From: Chiloscyllium plagiosum
Taxonomy: Eukaryota
Reading direction: 5' to 3'
DNA: 34,183 nucleotides
Assembly: GCF_004010195.1 (NCBI RefSeq)
Contig: NC_057719.1
Location: forward strand, 40,649,073-40,683,255
Position numbers and translations under genes: made by a program. Every line of letters begins with the position of its first letter. The stretch's first letter is position 1. Positions 22,294 through 33,928 of the stretch are shown here, piece by piece. The notes beneath the pieces are model-generated. The model was given only the letters and a program-made list of their open reading frames with translations. It did no database searches and was not told where the DNA came from.

Positions 22294-22944
22294 AGTAATT
22301 CTGGTGCAATTTGCAGCCCAAGTTAACATCTGTTTAAAAAGTAGCATTCTACCACCACTAACATTTCCTAACCAAACCTTCACTCAGACACAACTGCATA
22401 CTGCTGAACACAAATCTGTCATAAACCAGCATAAATGGATTGGATATTAAAATACATGTTTCAAAAATTGTCTCAAAATACTGTGATATATTGAAGAGTA
22501 GTAAAGTATTATACTTTTATTGATACAGCTGCAAATTGAGGTCATCAGAAAAAAAATTAAAATCACTAAGTTCATCACCCATGAATAACTTGGCTTTAAA
22601 ACACAGAAACTTACTGTTAAAATATGCAAATTTTTTTAACTTAGATTCAGGTTCAGTAATTAACTCCTTCATAATTTGAAAACATATTCTAAACCTTTCA
22701 AAATGTTCTTACTGGTGTCTTTAAACATGAATGATTCAGTCTATTTTTGGAGACTTCTGAAATGTCTGCAAACAAGAATGTAGAACAAGAATGCCCAGTG
22801 ACAATAAATTCACCCGAGAGAGGCCAAACTCTAACACAATGATTTTTACAATAAAAAAACTACCATTTGTAAATATGATTTTTCAGACCACAAGGTGCCT
22901 CAAGTCAAATTACAATCAATTGTAAAGTGCAAAATTCACCACAA

Positions 22945-23103
22945 ATGTTATCTTGTCCCATTGACTAACTTTCTTTCTCTTTGGGCTCTATCTCTACCAA
23001 TCAGCTCATGTCTTTCACCTCCCCCATCCCCACGCCCCCCCAACCCCGACTCCCTTGTCGTCAGCATAAATGTCACATTTTCCTCGTTCCCAACTGTTCT
23101 AAA
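22945..23103 (+). mobile_element. Probable Penelope-like C/T-rich 3' tract, cut off by the adjacent CR1
   Basis: Pyrimidine-rich tract ending cagcataaat...ctgttct, where a hammerhead core follows in related copies (e.g. gttctgaaaaag at 28488). Confidence 0.45.
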
Positions 23104-23104
23104 T

Positions 23105-24139
23105 TGGAGTCTTTCAGATTGGAGGCCTGGCTGTGACCAGTGGAGTGATGCAAGGATCGGTGCTGGGTCCTCTACTTTTTCTCATTTATATAAATGATTT
23201 GGATGTGAGCTTAAGAGATATAATTAGTAATTTTGCAGATGACACCAAAATTGGAGGTATAGTGGACAGAGAAGAAGGTTACCTCGGTTACAGTGGGATC
23301 TTGATCAGATGAGCCAATGGGCTGAGGAGTGGCAGATGGAGTTTCATTTAGATAAAGGTGAGGTGCTGCATTTTGGAAAAGCAAACCTTAGCAGGACTTA
23401 TACACTTAATGGTAAGGTCCTTGGGAGTGTTCCTGAACAAAGAGTCCTTGGAGTGTAGGTTCATAGTTCCTTGAATGTGGGGTCACAGGTGGACACGATA
23501 GTGAAGAAGGCGTTTGGTATGCTTTCCTTTATTGGTCAGAGTATTGAGTGCAGGAGTTGGGAGGTCATGTTGCGGCTGTACAGTACATTGGTTAGGCCAC
23601 TGTTGGAATATTGCATGCAATTCTGGTTTCCTTCCTATTGGAAGGATGTTGTGAAACTTGAAAGGGTTCAGAACAGATTTACAAGGACTTGAGCTATCAG
23701 GAGAGGTTGAATAGGCTAGGGCTGTTTTCCCTGGAGCATTGGAGGTTGAGGGGTGACCTTACAGAGATTTATAAAATCATGAGGGGCATGGATAGGATAA
23801 ATAGACAAAGTCTCTTCCCTGGGATGGGGGAGTCCAGAACTGGAGGGTATAGGTTTTGGATGAGAAGGGAAAGATATAAAAGAGACCTAAGGAGCAACTG
23901 TTTCACATAGAGGGTGGTACGTGTATGGAATGAGTTGCCAGAAGAAGTGGTGGTGTCTAGTACAATTGCAACATTTAAAAGGCATCTGGATGAGTATATG
24001 GACAGGAAAGGTTTGGAGGGATATCAGTCGGGTGCAAGTAGGTGGGACTGGATTGAGTTGGGATATCTGGTCGGCATGGACAAGTTGACCAGAGGGTCTG
24101 TTTCCGTGCTGTACATCTTTATAATTCTATAACTCTATG
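23105..24139 (+). mobile_element. CR1 LINE, 5'-truncated (younger subfamily)
   Basis: [21 protein letters not shown] and VRVWNELPEEVV; tail ataattctataactctatg. Confidence 0.95.
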
Positions 24140-24258
24140 TAAGCGTCCTTGTTATTCACTGTTCCAGGGATGAGTATAGGCCCAGGGAGATTGCGTCGGC
24201 TGTGACAGTAGGCGAATTGCAGTGAATCAAGGCCATCTGGGAGGCTGGCATTGAGGTG

Positions 24259-24465
24259 TGATTTGATTTGATTTGTCACATGTACCTAAGTACTTTGAAA
24301 AGTTTTGTTTTATGTGCAGTGCAGACAGATCATAAAATACAAGGACAAATACAATGAGGCATACAAAGTTACAGCTGTATAAACAGCAAAATCATCATTA
24401 GATTTGAAACTTGAGAGGTCCATTCAGCAGTCTAATAACAGTGGGGAAGAAGCTGTACTTGAACT
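24259..24465 (-). mobile_element. Short Rex1-type 3' end inserted in the larger Rex1 copy
   Basis: (tgatt)n tail and tgtcacatgtacc; gttcaagtacagcttcttccccactgttattagact on the minus strand resembles 20768-20800. Confidence 0.75.
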
Positions 24466-25481
24466 TTACTAACCTCTCAAAGCACTTCACAATGATGGAT
24501 GTTAAGGCACGTTGCCTAACTTTTTTTTGGCACTAGCATGATACTGGTCTTCTTGGAGCAGGATGAAACCTCACGTCAGAGTACAGAGAGATTAAACCTA
24601 TGTACAAATACTTTTGCCAGCTAATCCACGCAGGATCTGATCAGAAGCCTAAAGTGTCCGTCTGGGTTGTTGCTTTCCATGGGTTCACTCTCAAGAAGGT
24701 GACATCATTTCACTGACCTTATGTTCAAAATGACCATAGAATGCATTGAGTTCAATGGGTTGGGATGCATCGTTGGCAGCGATTCTACTCGACATCATTT
24801 TGTAACATATTATGGCGTCAAAGCCTTGTCACAGCTGATATATGTTCACGTGGTCAGACTGGGATTCTAGTTTAGTCTGGTATTGTCTCTCAGTGGCCCT
24901 GATGGCTTTGCATAGATCATACCTAGAGTTCCTGTGTAGGCCAGCGTCACCCGACTTGAATGCTTCAGACCAGGACTTCAACAGGGAGTGGATTTCCTGG
25001 TTTATCCATGGTTTCCAGTTGGGGAATTCTCAGATTAATGTCTTTGGCTCGCAGTCATCTATACAGTTACTGATGAAGTCTGTGACGGACGTGACATAGT
25101 CATTTAGGATGACCGCTGAGTTGTTGAATATCGACCAGTCCGCGAACTCCAAGCAGTCACATCGAAGCTCATCCATTACCTCACGCCAACACAGTATGAT
25201 GTTTGGTACCTGATCCTCACGTTTCAGTTTTCGCTTGTTAGCCAGGAGAAAGAGCGCAGCGTTATGGTCTGATTGACCAAAATGCAGGCGGGGAATGGCA
25301 GCTTTGATGATTGTGTAGCAATGGTCAAGGGTGTTTGGGCCTCAGGTGGGTCAGGAGATGTGTTGATGGCATCTGGGTAGCACACTCTTGCGGTTGGCCT
25401 GGTTAAAGTCACCGGCAACGATGAACAAGGCTTTGTGGTATTCCATCTGAAAGCTATTTGTGGTGGTGAATACTTCATCAA

Positions 25482-26252
25482 GGGGAGGGCATGGCCTAGT
25501 GGTATTATCTCTAGACCATTAATCCAGAAACTCTGCTAATGTTCTGGGGACCCGTGTTCAAATCCTCCCATGGCAGATGGTGGAATTTGGATCGGAGGCT
25601 GAGGGGTGACCTTATAGAGGTTTACAAAATTATGAGGGGCATGGAAAGGGTAAATAGGCAAAGTCTTTTCCCTGGGGTCGGAGAGTCCAGAACTAGAGGG
25701 CATAGGTTAGGGTGAGAGGGGAAAGATATAAAACATACCCAAAGGGCAACTTTTTCACACAGAGGGTGGTACGTGTATGGAATGAGCTGCCAGAGGAAGT
25801 GATGGAGGCTGGTATAATTGCAACATTTAAGAGGCATTTGGATAGGTATATGAATAGGAAGGGTTTGGAGGGATATGGGCCAGGTGCTGGCAGGTGGGAC
25901 TAGATTGGGTTGGGATATCTGGTTGGCATGGACGGGTTGGACCGAAGGGTCTGTTTCCATGCTGTACATCTCTATGATCTATGATCTGAATCTGGAATTA
26001 GGCATCTACTGATGACCATGAAACCATTGCCGATTGTCGGAAAAACCCATGTGGTTCACGAATGTCTTTCAGGGAAGGAAATTTGTCATCCTCACCCAGT
26101 CTGGCCTGCAGGTGACTCCAGCCCTTCAGCAATGCAGTTCACTCTCAACTGCCCTCTGAAATACACTAGCAAGCTAGTTCAAGGGCAGCTAGTGATGGGC
26201 AATAAATGCTGGCCAGCCAGCTATGCCCGTGTCCCTCAAGTGAATTTAAAAA
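25482..26252 (+). mobile_element. SacSINE1/DeuSINE-type tRNA-derived SINE, split by a CR1
   Basis: A box TGGCCTAGTGG (25492-25502), B box GTTCAAATCC (25556-25565); body cagggaaggaaat...gtgactccag...aactgccctctgaaat; tail gatgggcaataaatgctggcc...tgaatttaaaaa. Confidence 0.8.
25591..25986 (+). mobile_element. CR1 3' end nested in the SINE
   Basis: ORF 25712-25903 GNFFTQRVVRVWNELPEEV; tail tctatgatctatgatc. Confidence 0.93.
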
Positions 26253-27570
26253 CTTTTCACTTCTACATGGGGTGGGATAGTAATTGCTGTCAGGATAGCA
26301 GGAGTGAACTCCCAAGACAAGTAGTAACGTCTTCATTTCATCATTAGACACTCTAGGTCCCAGGAACATTAACTCGCCAGGGTCATCATGTTCAAGCACC
26401 AATCAGGAGGCAGACGACTCCATCCCTTCCCTTGCCTGAGGACACTGTGTGGTCCATCCGGTAGATTGAGAAACCCTCAGTTTGGAAGGCACAGTCAGGT
26501 GAAACAGGAGTGAGTCATGTCTCTGTAAAACAGAGCAGTCAGCAGTATCTCAATTCCTTTTGGTCGGTGAGTCCAGCTTTATAGTTCATCCAGCTTGTTT
26601 TTAATGATGTGGACATTTGCCAGGAGTATGCTGGGGAGGGGGGAAGCCTCGAAACCAGCATGTCTCCCACATTTCCTGGGTAAGTGGCTACTTCTGGGGA
26701 TCAGTATGGTTGGTCTGCGATTCTAGGACATAAGCGGGTGTGTCCGGTAGGGTCTGGAGGTCTTGTTCTTAATCTGGTCAGGCCTCAATGTCAGGATTCC
26801 AAGAGGTTCTTTTTCCATTGGGTCCATGTGGGTCCACTGCAAAGAGCCAGGTCACCGCTCAACATCTGGGTCAGGCCTTCAAGAAGCCGGTAAATGCTGG
26901 TCTCTTTATTGTCACGGTCATGCTTCCTGCATCAGCTCCATCTGTTCACGCAGTCAGGCGCTCCAGGAGGTCCTGGTATTGTCAGCTCAGATGCAGTTGG
27001 CCCAGGCGGAGGGGGCGGGGTTGGTTGTTCCCAGAGGTCAAAAGATCACCAGACCTGTCAGTAGATTGAAGAGAACATTTTTAGTAATTCTGACAGACTT
27101 ATAGTTGAGATTTAAAAGAGTAAAGCAATTATAAACGATGCGAGGGGATAATCTGCTGGAGACAGATCGCAAAGAGTTACCATGCTCTAGCACCATCTTT
27201 CAAAGCTTTTGAATGGCAGAGCGGGCTTGAATGCCTGAATAGCTTACTTTTGCTCCTGAAATGTGTTCAAATGTTGATAATTCTTATGTGTTATAAATTT
27301 GATCATTTTGTTTCATGGTTCCCCTATGGAGATCATAGCACCACCATGTTAAATACTTCACCAGCTGGGGTGGGTCAGAGTGCCAGCAGTCAATACCATC
27401 TATAAGATGCACTGGAGAAACCCAGTAAGCTTCCTTTGATAGCTTCTTCCAAACTCTCAATCTCTACTAGTAGGAAGAACATGGAGAGGTGACAGAAGGA
27501 TCAGTGGTCACCATCAAATTCCTTTCAAGTTGAAAGTGAGCAGTAGACCAATAATTCCAGCCATAATTGA

Positions 27571-27915
27571 ATAGAATCCCTACAGTGTGGAAATAGGCTG
27601 TTTGGACCAATTAGTCCATACCAACTCGCTGAAGCGCATTCCACCCAGACCCAGCTCCCTATCCAACCCTGTAACCTTGCATTTCCAATGGCTATCACAC
27701 CTAATCTACACATCCCTGAACACTATGGGCAATTTAGCATGGCCAATCCACCTAACTTGCACATCTTTGGAGTGTGGGAGGAAACCAGAGTACTTGGAGG
27801 AAATTCACGCAGACACGGGGAGAATGTTTAAGTTCCACACAGACAGTCGCCTGAGGGTGGAATCAAACCTAGGTCCCTGGCACTGTGAGGCAGCAGTGCT
27901 AACTACTGAGCAACT
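27571..27915 (-). mobile_element. HE1-type (V-SINE) SINE, near full length
   Basis: Minus strand has the tRNA head gctcagtagttagcactgctgcctcacag, the core tctccccgtgtctgcgtg...ctcccacactccaaagatgtgc, and a CR1-like tail ttccacactgtagggattctat. Confidence 0.9.
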
Positions 27916-28487
27916 CTGCTGGCAGTCTCAGTGAGTTGTACACTCTATGAAGACTAATAATTTGCTGCTCAAGCAAATCTTTTTTATTTTTCTTTCTCAT
28001 CAGATCACATCCATTAGAAATCAAATCCAAAGTGGATTAACAGAGTTAAGAGAAAAATCAGCCAGGATCTACTTGCATGGGGAAATTGACCCAAGGGGAT
28101 GAATGACCTATAAGAGCCTGATGGCTATATGTGTTGAACACGGTCAGTTTCAGTTCAGTTCCTGAGCTCGTGGTGATCATAGCCAAGCAAAAAAAAAACC
28201 TAATTCAGAAGCCTCAGATCCAATATCATACTTTTGCAGTAGCAACTGTTCCACTGAAGATGGAACTGAGGCCTGCAAAGGAATAGAAATCTGATTTCCC
28301 AATGCTCATTGAAATGAATAAAACATGTGAAAAAGGAAATGGGATTTGCTTGTGTGCAAGGGAATAGAATCCCTGCTGATTTGTAAAAGGCATTTAACAA
28401 ATTTCACAAGTTTTTATTTCCAGCTTTTGGCTGGTTACATTACTGGTTAATTGAGATTGTAATGATTCATGAGCAACTGTTATTAAT

Positions 28488-28606
28488 GTTCTGAAAAAGA
28501 GTCATTGACCTAAAACGTTGAGTCTGCTTTGTCTCCAGACCTGCTGAGTTCTTTCAGCAATTTCTATTTTTGTTTCAGATTTCCAGCATCTGCGGGTCTG
28601 TTTTTG
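28488..28606 (+). mobile_element. Penelope-like tail with decayed hammerhead
   Basis: CTGAAAAagagtcattgacctAAAAcgttgag then cagacctgctgagt...gatttccagcatctgc. Confidence 0.65.
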
Positions 28607-28639
28607 TTTAGTTACTGTCACTTGTTTGATTACTTAATT

Positions 28640-29833
28640 GCAAAAAACACTGCAGATACTGTAAACTTGGAATAAAACAGAAAATTTTGCGTTGTAAATA
28701 GTCAGCTTTTCTGGCAGTAACCATGGAAAGAAAAACAGAGTTGATACTTTGGGTCGAATGTGACTTTTCAACCAAAGGAAGATGGAAATGTGATGAATTT
28801 TATGTTGTTGACAGATGTGGGGGAGAAAGGACAAAAGGAATAGTATGTATAAGAGGAACAAGCGGAAGAAATTAAATGACAAAGTTGCCATGGAACAAAA
28901 GACAGTGGGAGTGGTAACTTTGACAGTAAAGCAACAAAGCACTGTTCCAGATTGAGTGTGCTTAGCAGGATAATGAACAGCTCTGTCTGACAACAAAAAC
29001 ATGGCAACGACACAGAGTCAAAATAAAGAACAGAGTTCAGGGTCTGAAGTTGTTGAACTCGATGATGAACTTAAAAGACTGCAAAGGGCCTAATTGAAAA
29101 AAGTTTCTCAAGCATGTATGAAGATTCACTGGCACTTTTGAACTAGGCCGAATTAAGAATTGTGAGCATGAGAGCGTAGTGGTGAAGGAAAATAGCAAGC
29201 AACTGAAAATCCTTGAGGTCATCCTCGCATGCTGGGTGGAAGTATTCCACAATGTGGTCATCTGATCTGTGTTCGGTCTCTGCAATGTAAAGGAAATTGC
29301 AATATAATCAACAAATTCATTACACTGAATTGAAAAAGTCAGAAGTGAATTCTCCTGACAAAGGAGCAGCACTCCGAAAGCTTGTGATTTTAAATGAACC
29401 TGTTGGACTACATTCTGGTATCATGTGATTTCTGACTTTGTCCACCCTAGTCCAACACAGGAATTTCCATATCGTGAATTGAAAAATTACAAGAGAATCA
29501 CTGCTTCATTGACAGTATTATACCAACTGCAATTGCACAGGAAATGCTCCAGGAAGGAGAGGAAGCAGTGGGGTTGATGGGAGTAGATCAAGGTGTCAAT
29601 TTCTGAATGGTCCATTCGGAATGTTGACGTGAGGGACAGATGCATTTGATGGTGGCATTCATGCTGGAGATGGTGGAAAAGTAGTTGATCCTTTGAATGT
29701 GGGTAGAAAGCAAGGACTAAGGGAATTCTAACATAGCCTCGGAGGGATGTAAAAGTGTGAGGTAAATTGTTTGGACACAGTTGAGGTTCTTGTCATTCAC
29801 AATACGAGGGAATGCTCGGTTGAGGAGAAAGAA
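28640..29833 (-). mobile_element. Decayed Penelope-like retroelement (GIY-YIG endonuclease remnant plus 3' tail)
   Basis: Minus frames LYIAETEHRSDDHIVEY (compare YIGETKRRLGDRFAEH) and FQLGPLQSFKFIIEFNNFRP (compare FRLGTLQPxGLNIEF); tail at 28640-28770. Confidence 0.75.
29326..29486 (+). mobile_element. Short hammerhead-bearing insertion of a second family, with a 12-bp TSD
   Basis: TSD tgaattgaaaaa at 29326-29337 and 29475-29486; CTGACAA-a-GGAG-cagca-CTCC-GAAA-gctt at 29355-29383. Confidence 0.75.
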
Positions 29834-29834
29834 A

Positions 29835-30016
29835 GCAAAAGCAAATATTGCAGATGCAAGAAATCCGAAATAAAAACAGAACTGAACACGTCTGCCAGCA
29901 ACTATGGAGATGGAAAGAAAATTAATTTTTGGGTCTAATATGACTCTTTTAATTCTGAAGTAAAGCCTTATCAAATTCAAAACATTAGTTCTGTTTCTGT
30001 CTCAACAGATGCTGCT
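29835..30016. mobile_element. Old fold-back Penelope-like tail pair
   Basis: Antisense tail (tgcagatgcaagaaatccgaaa...) followed by sense tail (ttctgaag...aaacattagttctg...cagatgctgc). Confidence 0.55.
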
Positions 30017-30254
30017 TATTTGGGATATGGAGTAAGGGTCTAGGTTTCAATGATGCACAATGTTTCAGGAGTCATTCAATGGAAAGGGCTGGATGACCTT
30101 TTTTCGCTTTTGTTACATTTCTTACAGCTAGTTGATAAAGGAGGAGACCAGAGTTAATCCTTACTCACATTTAAATTTATTTAAATTTATTCATTAAGTG
30201 AGATGTTGCAAATGTACTGTTCCAAAACCAAGCATCATCATTACAGAAAAATAA

Positions 30255-30425
30255 ATGCAAAGAACTGTGAATGCTGGAAATCTGAAACAGCAATAGACTG
30301 TTGGAGAAGCACAGCAGGTCTGGCAGCATCTTTCAGGGGTCACCAGACTGGATATGTGAATTGTTTTTTTCTCTCTGTGAATGTTACTGGATTGTTTGTG
30401 TTTCTCTGGGACTCTCTGCTTTCGT
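30255..30425. mobile_element. Old fold-back Penelope-like tail pair
   Basis: atgctggaaatctgaaac...cagcaggtctggcagcatct (antisense tail), then a degraded sense copy. Confidence 0.55.
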
Positions 30426-31924
30426 GTCATTATGGATCTCTTTTTTAAAATTATTTTTATCCACCATTAGGAAAACACTCATGTGGCCAATTGAATATTT
30501 GTAAGCAAAGTCTGTTAAGGGCAATGCTAATGTTAAAAAAAATGATGGGATTGGGTAGAAAGAGAGGGAGGGTAATAAATCAGAAATGGAATTGGAGGGG
30601 GAAATAAAGCACTCGATCCCCCACAGTGCTACCTGTCTATAAAGGCATCAACAGCAGTGATGGACACTGCATGCTCCCTCTCCAATGACGCCTAGACTCA
30701 AATATAACTGGGCACGAGGGGCAGGTAGTTGGCAGAGATCTCCCCCTCTACAGCCCGCTGCCTGGACCTATTTATAGCTATGCCCAGGAGCAGACCCAGG
30801 ACGAACTCCTCCAATCTGCCCACACCCCTCTGCATTGCGTGCCCCAAAGATCAGGAGCATGGGATTGAAGTGCAACCAAAAACACAGCAAAAGGATTTTC
30901 AATAACTCAAAAGGGATTGAAAACATCTACAATCAATACATACATAGTCCACAGATTCCACAGTACTGCAAAATAAACAGTTGGGATTAGGTACCTATGC
31001 TATTTGGAAAACTGGTGAATTCTAATTAATTCAATAAATTTTACAAAGCAACCCTTACAAGAACACTATAATAAAAAAAACTAAACTTCAAAGCAAACTG
31101 AACAGATTCAAATTGACGTTTGATTTTGAGGGCTGATAATTTATCCAGATCCTGTGATGCCCATGTGCTTTGGAAGGTCTAAAATGCACAAGTGTGCTCC
31201 CTCTGCATGGGCACCTGGGCACAAATATCAGCACCAAGTGTCTCCTGATAAATGCACAAATCGTTATCCAAAAGATACTCCCCGCGTGTTAACACTTTCT
31301 CTTCATTTATGAAAGTAGCATGTGTTTATACGAGTAACATTCTTTTCATTTCTTTGTATATTCATTAACTAGATATTCTGTACATTTCCTGATGGTTGAC
31401 CACAGTACTGTTAGCAAAGAATGAAGGTCATCTCATTTACCAAGCTTTTAAGCCAAAGAATGCTTACAAATTGGGAAACTGAAATCTAGTAACTTATTAG
31501 TCAGTACTATAAAAATAACCATGAAAGTTCCTGAAGTTCGTAAAACACAACTGATTAATGAAGGCCCTTCAGGGATGGGTGGGATTGTACATTTTCAGTT
31601 GGGACAATATTTATCTAGTTGCAGGCAATCCTTTGACCAAAATATTAGTGAGAAAGTCATCACCCACCTTGCCAAGCCCAGATGGCTGCTATTTAGCCAT
31701 TTAACACAATGACGAGCGTTAACTAGATGGAGATGGGCCTTTGGGAAGTAATTCTACTTCCTGGCCAATCACGTGGCTACAAACCCACTTGCAGGGGGCT
31801 GTAAAATGTGCCCCTGGTTTGGATTAACTAGGCCTCCAGTTCCATATTGGACGTTTAATTTTTTTTACTGAAATGACCCAGCAAGTAATTTACTCGTAAA
31901 CAATCAGAACATTCAAATATGAGT

Positions 31925-32039
31925 ACCGCAGTTGTTCAAGGATAAGGCCAATGATATATGTTTCTCAAGGTAACTAGATATAGGCATTATATGTGACCCT
32001 GTCAGTATGGTCCATGTGCAAAGAACAAATAAAATAAAA
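31925..32039 (+). mobile_element. Decayed 3' tail related to the SacSINE1-type SINE or its partner LINE
   Basis: ttctcaaggtaactagatataggcattatatg...aagaacaaataaaataaaa resembles 26179-26252. Confidence 0.45.
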
Positions 32040-32440
32040 GATTTGGTTTTCACTCAGTGTGGGGTGAGCTCTTCTTAACCAAGGAAGTTCTACAGGAGAT
32101 TTCATCGGGCTTACTGGCCAGTCAAAGGAAGGGAGAAGATCAAACAGCTCCTGTGCTCCTTTATTACTATCTTATAATCTCTATGAAAAGATGAATGTGT
32201 GCCAATGTCTAGTGAGAACAGGGTTTGGGTCAATTATAATATCCCCCAGAAGAATTGCCCAACCCCTCCTTATTGTGTAGGTTGATGATCATTAGGGCCA
32301 TTTGGCAATGAAGTCTTGTTAAGGTAGCAGATGCCCATGGAAATTAACTCCAGCAATGGTGTATGGGTTGCCTGTTATAGGGGCCTGAATGACCTGGGCT
32401 ATGGAAAAAAACATTGAAGAATCATTAGGGTCACACAGTG

Positions 32441-32743
32441 ACACAGCACCAGGGACCCAGATTCGATTCCAGCCTCAGGCGACTGTCTGTGTGGAGTTTG
32501 CACATTCTCCCTCGGTCTGTGTTGGTTTCCTCTGGGTGCTTCGGTTTCCTCCCACAATCCAAAGATGTACAGGTTAGGTGAATTGGCCATGCTAAATTGC
32601 CCATAGTGTCCAGGGATGTGTAGGTTAGGTGCATTAGTCAGGGGTAAATGTAGGATAGGGAAATGGGTCTGGGTGGTTCCTCTTCGGAGGGTCGGTGTGG
32701 ACTTGTTGGGCTGAAGGCCCTATTTCCACACTGTAGGGATTCT
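32441..32743 (+). mobile_element. HE1-type SINE lacking the A box
   Basis: cacagcaccagggacccagattcgattcc (B box), tgtgtggagtttgcacattctcc core, tail ttccacactgtagggattct. Confidence 0.9.
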
Positions 32744-32847
32744 TACATACTTGCTGCACCTTTCAATTACATTTCAAGTGTCAAGTTGAGATTTGCTCTA
32801 AGCAGCAGCGTTGCCCATTAATGGGAATTATTGCTTTTAATTAGTTA

Positions 32848-33928
32848 AAAGAACAAAGAGCAGAACAGCACACGAACTGACCCTTCAAACCACCAAGACT
32901 GAACCAACACATGATGTCTTTCTAAACTAAAACCCTCTTCTTCTGCACTGTCCATATCCATTTATTCCTAGCCTAATCATATATCTGTCAAGATGACTCT
33001 TGAATGTTTACTACCTCATCTGGCAGCACATTCCAGGCACTAACAGGCCTCTGTGAAAGAAAATGTGCCTTTCATATTTCATTTAAGCTTTTCCCCATTT
33101 TACCTTAAACCTATGTCCCCTAGAATTTGACATTTTTACCCTGTGGAAAAGTCTCCAACTATCCATTCTATCCATCCCTCACTTAATTGTGTAAACTTCT
33201 ATCAGGTCGCTCCTCAGCCTCCAAAGTTCAAGTGAAAACAAACCAAGTTTGTCCAATCTCGCCGCAAAACTAAACAACATCCTGGCAAACCTTTTCTGTG
33301 TCCTTTCCAAAGCTTCCTCATCCTTGTGATAGTGTGGTGACCAGAACTGTATAGAATATTCCAAGTGTGGCCTAAGTAAAGTTCTAAACAGCTTCAAATG
33401 ACTTGTCAATTTTTTTCTCTATGCTCCAAGTGATGAAGGCAAATATCCCATATGCCTTCTTGACCACCTTCTCCACTTTTATTGCTACTTTCAGGGAATT
33501 GTAGTCCTGTATACCTAAAACTCTCTGTATGTTAATGCTTGTAAGGGTTTTGCCATTCACTGTATACTTCCCTCCTGCATTAGACCTTCCAAATGCATTA
33601 CTTTACATTTGTCATTTCTCCATCCATTTATATCCTCCAGCCCAGTGATAGCCTACTGTATCCTCTGGCAAACTTCCTAATTATCCATAGCCCCCCACTT
33701 TTTGTTTCATCCAAAACTTACTATTCAGGCCACCTACATTCCTTCCAAATCATCTGTATATGTAACAAGCAACAGGGGTCTCAGCCTATGATTACCACTG
33801 CTCACAAATTTCCAGTCTCAGAGTAGCACCCTTCCTCCACTCCTCTGTCTTTTATGACTAAGCCAGTTCTATATCCATCTTATCAGCTCACTGTGCATCT
33901 GAAGTGACTTCACCTTCTGTATTGGCCT
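32848..33928 (-). mobile_element. CR1 LINE, 5'-truncated and decayed
   Basis: ORF 33179-33409 RPHLEYSIQFWSP...LRSDLIEVYTI; aaagaacaaagagcagaacagcac tail. Confidence 0.9.

Larger units (their letters stand above)
24140..27200 (-). mobile_element. Rex1/Babar-type LINE, 5' portion (5' end, APE endonuclease, start of RT), with nested insertions
   Basis: 5' end AAGATGGTG at about 27199; PSILLANVHIIKNKLDEL and LCFTET (26510-26640); NTLDHCYT..HFGQSDH (25260-25345); ALTSIIVKCFERLV (24468-24510); LDSLQFAY and NKDAY (24140-24235). Confidence 0.88.

Noticed and set aside
26684..27104. Overlapping GC-rich ORFs as a gene
   Set aside because: They lie antisense within the 5' region of the Rex1 element.
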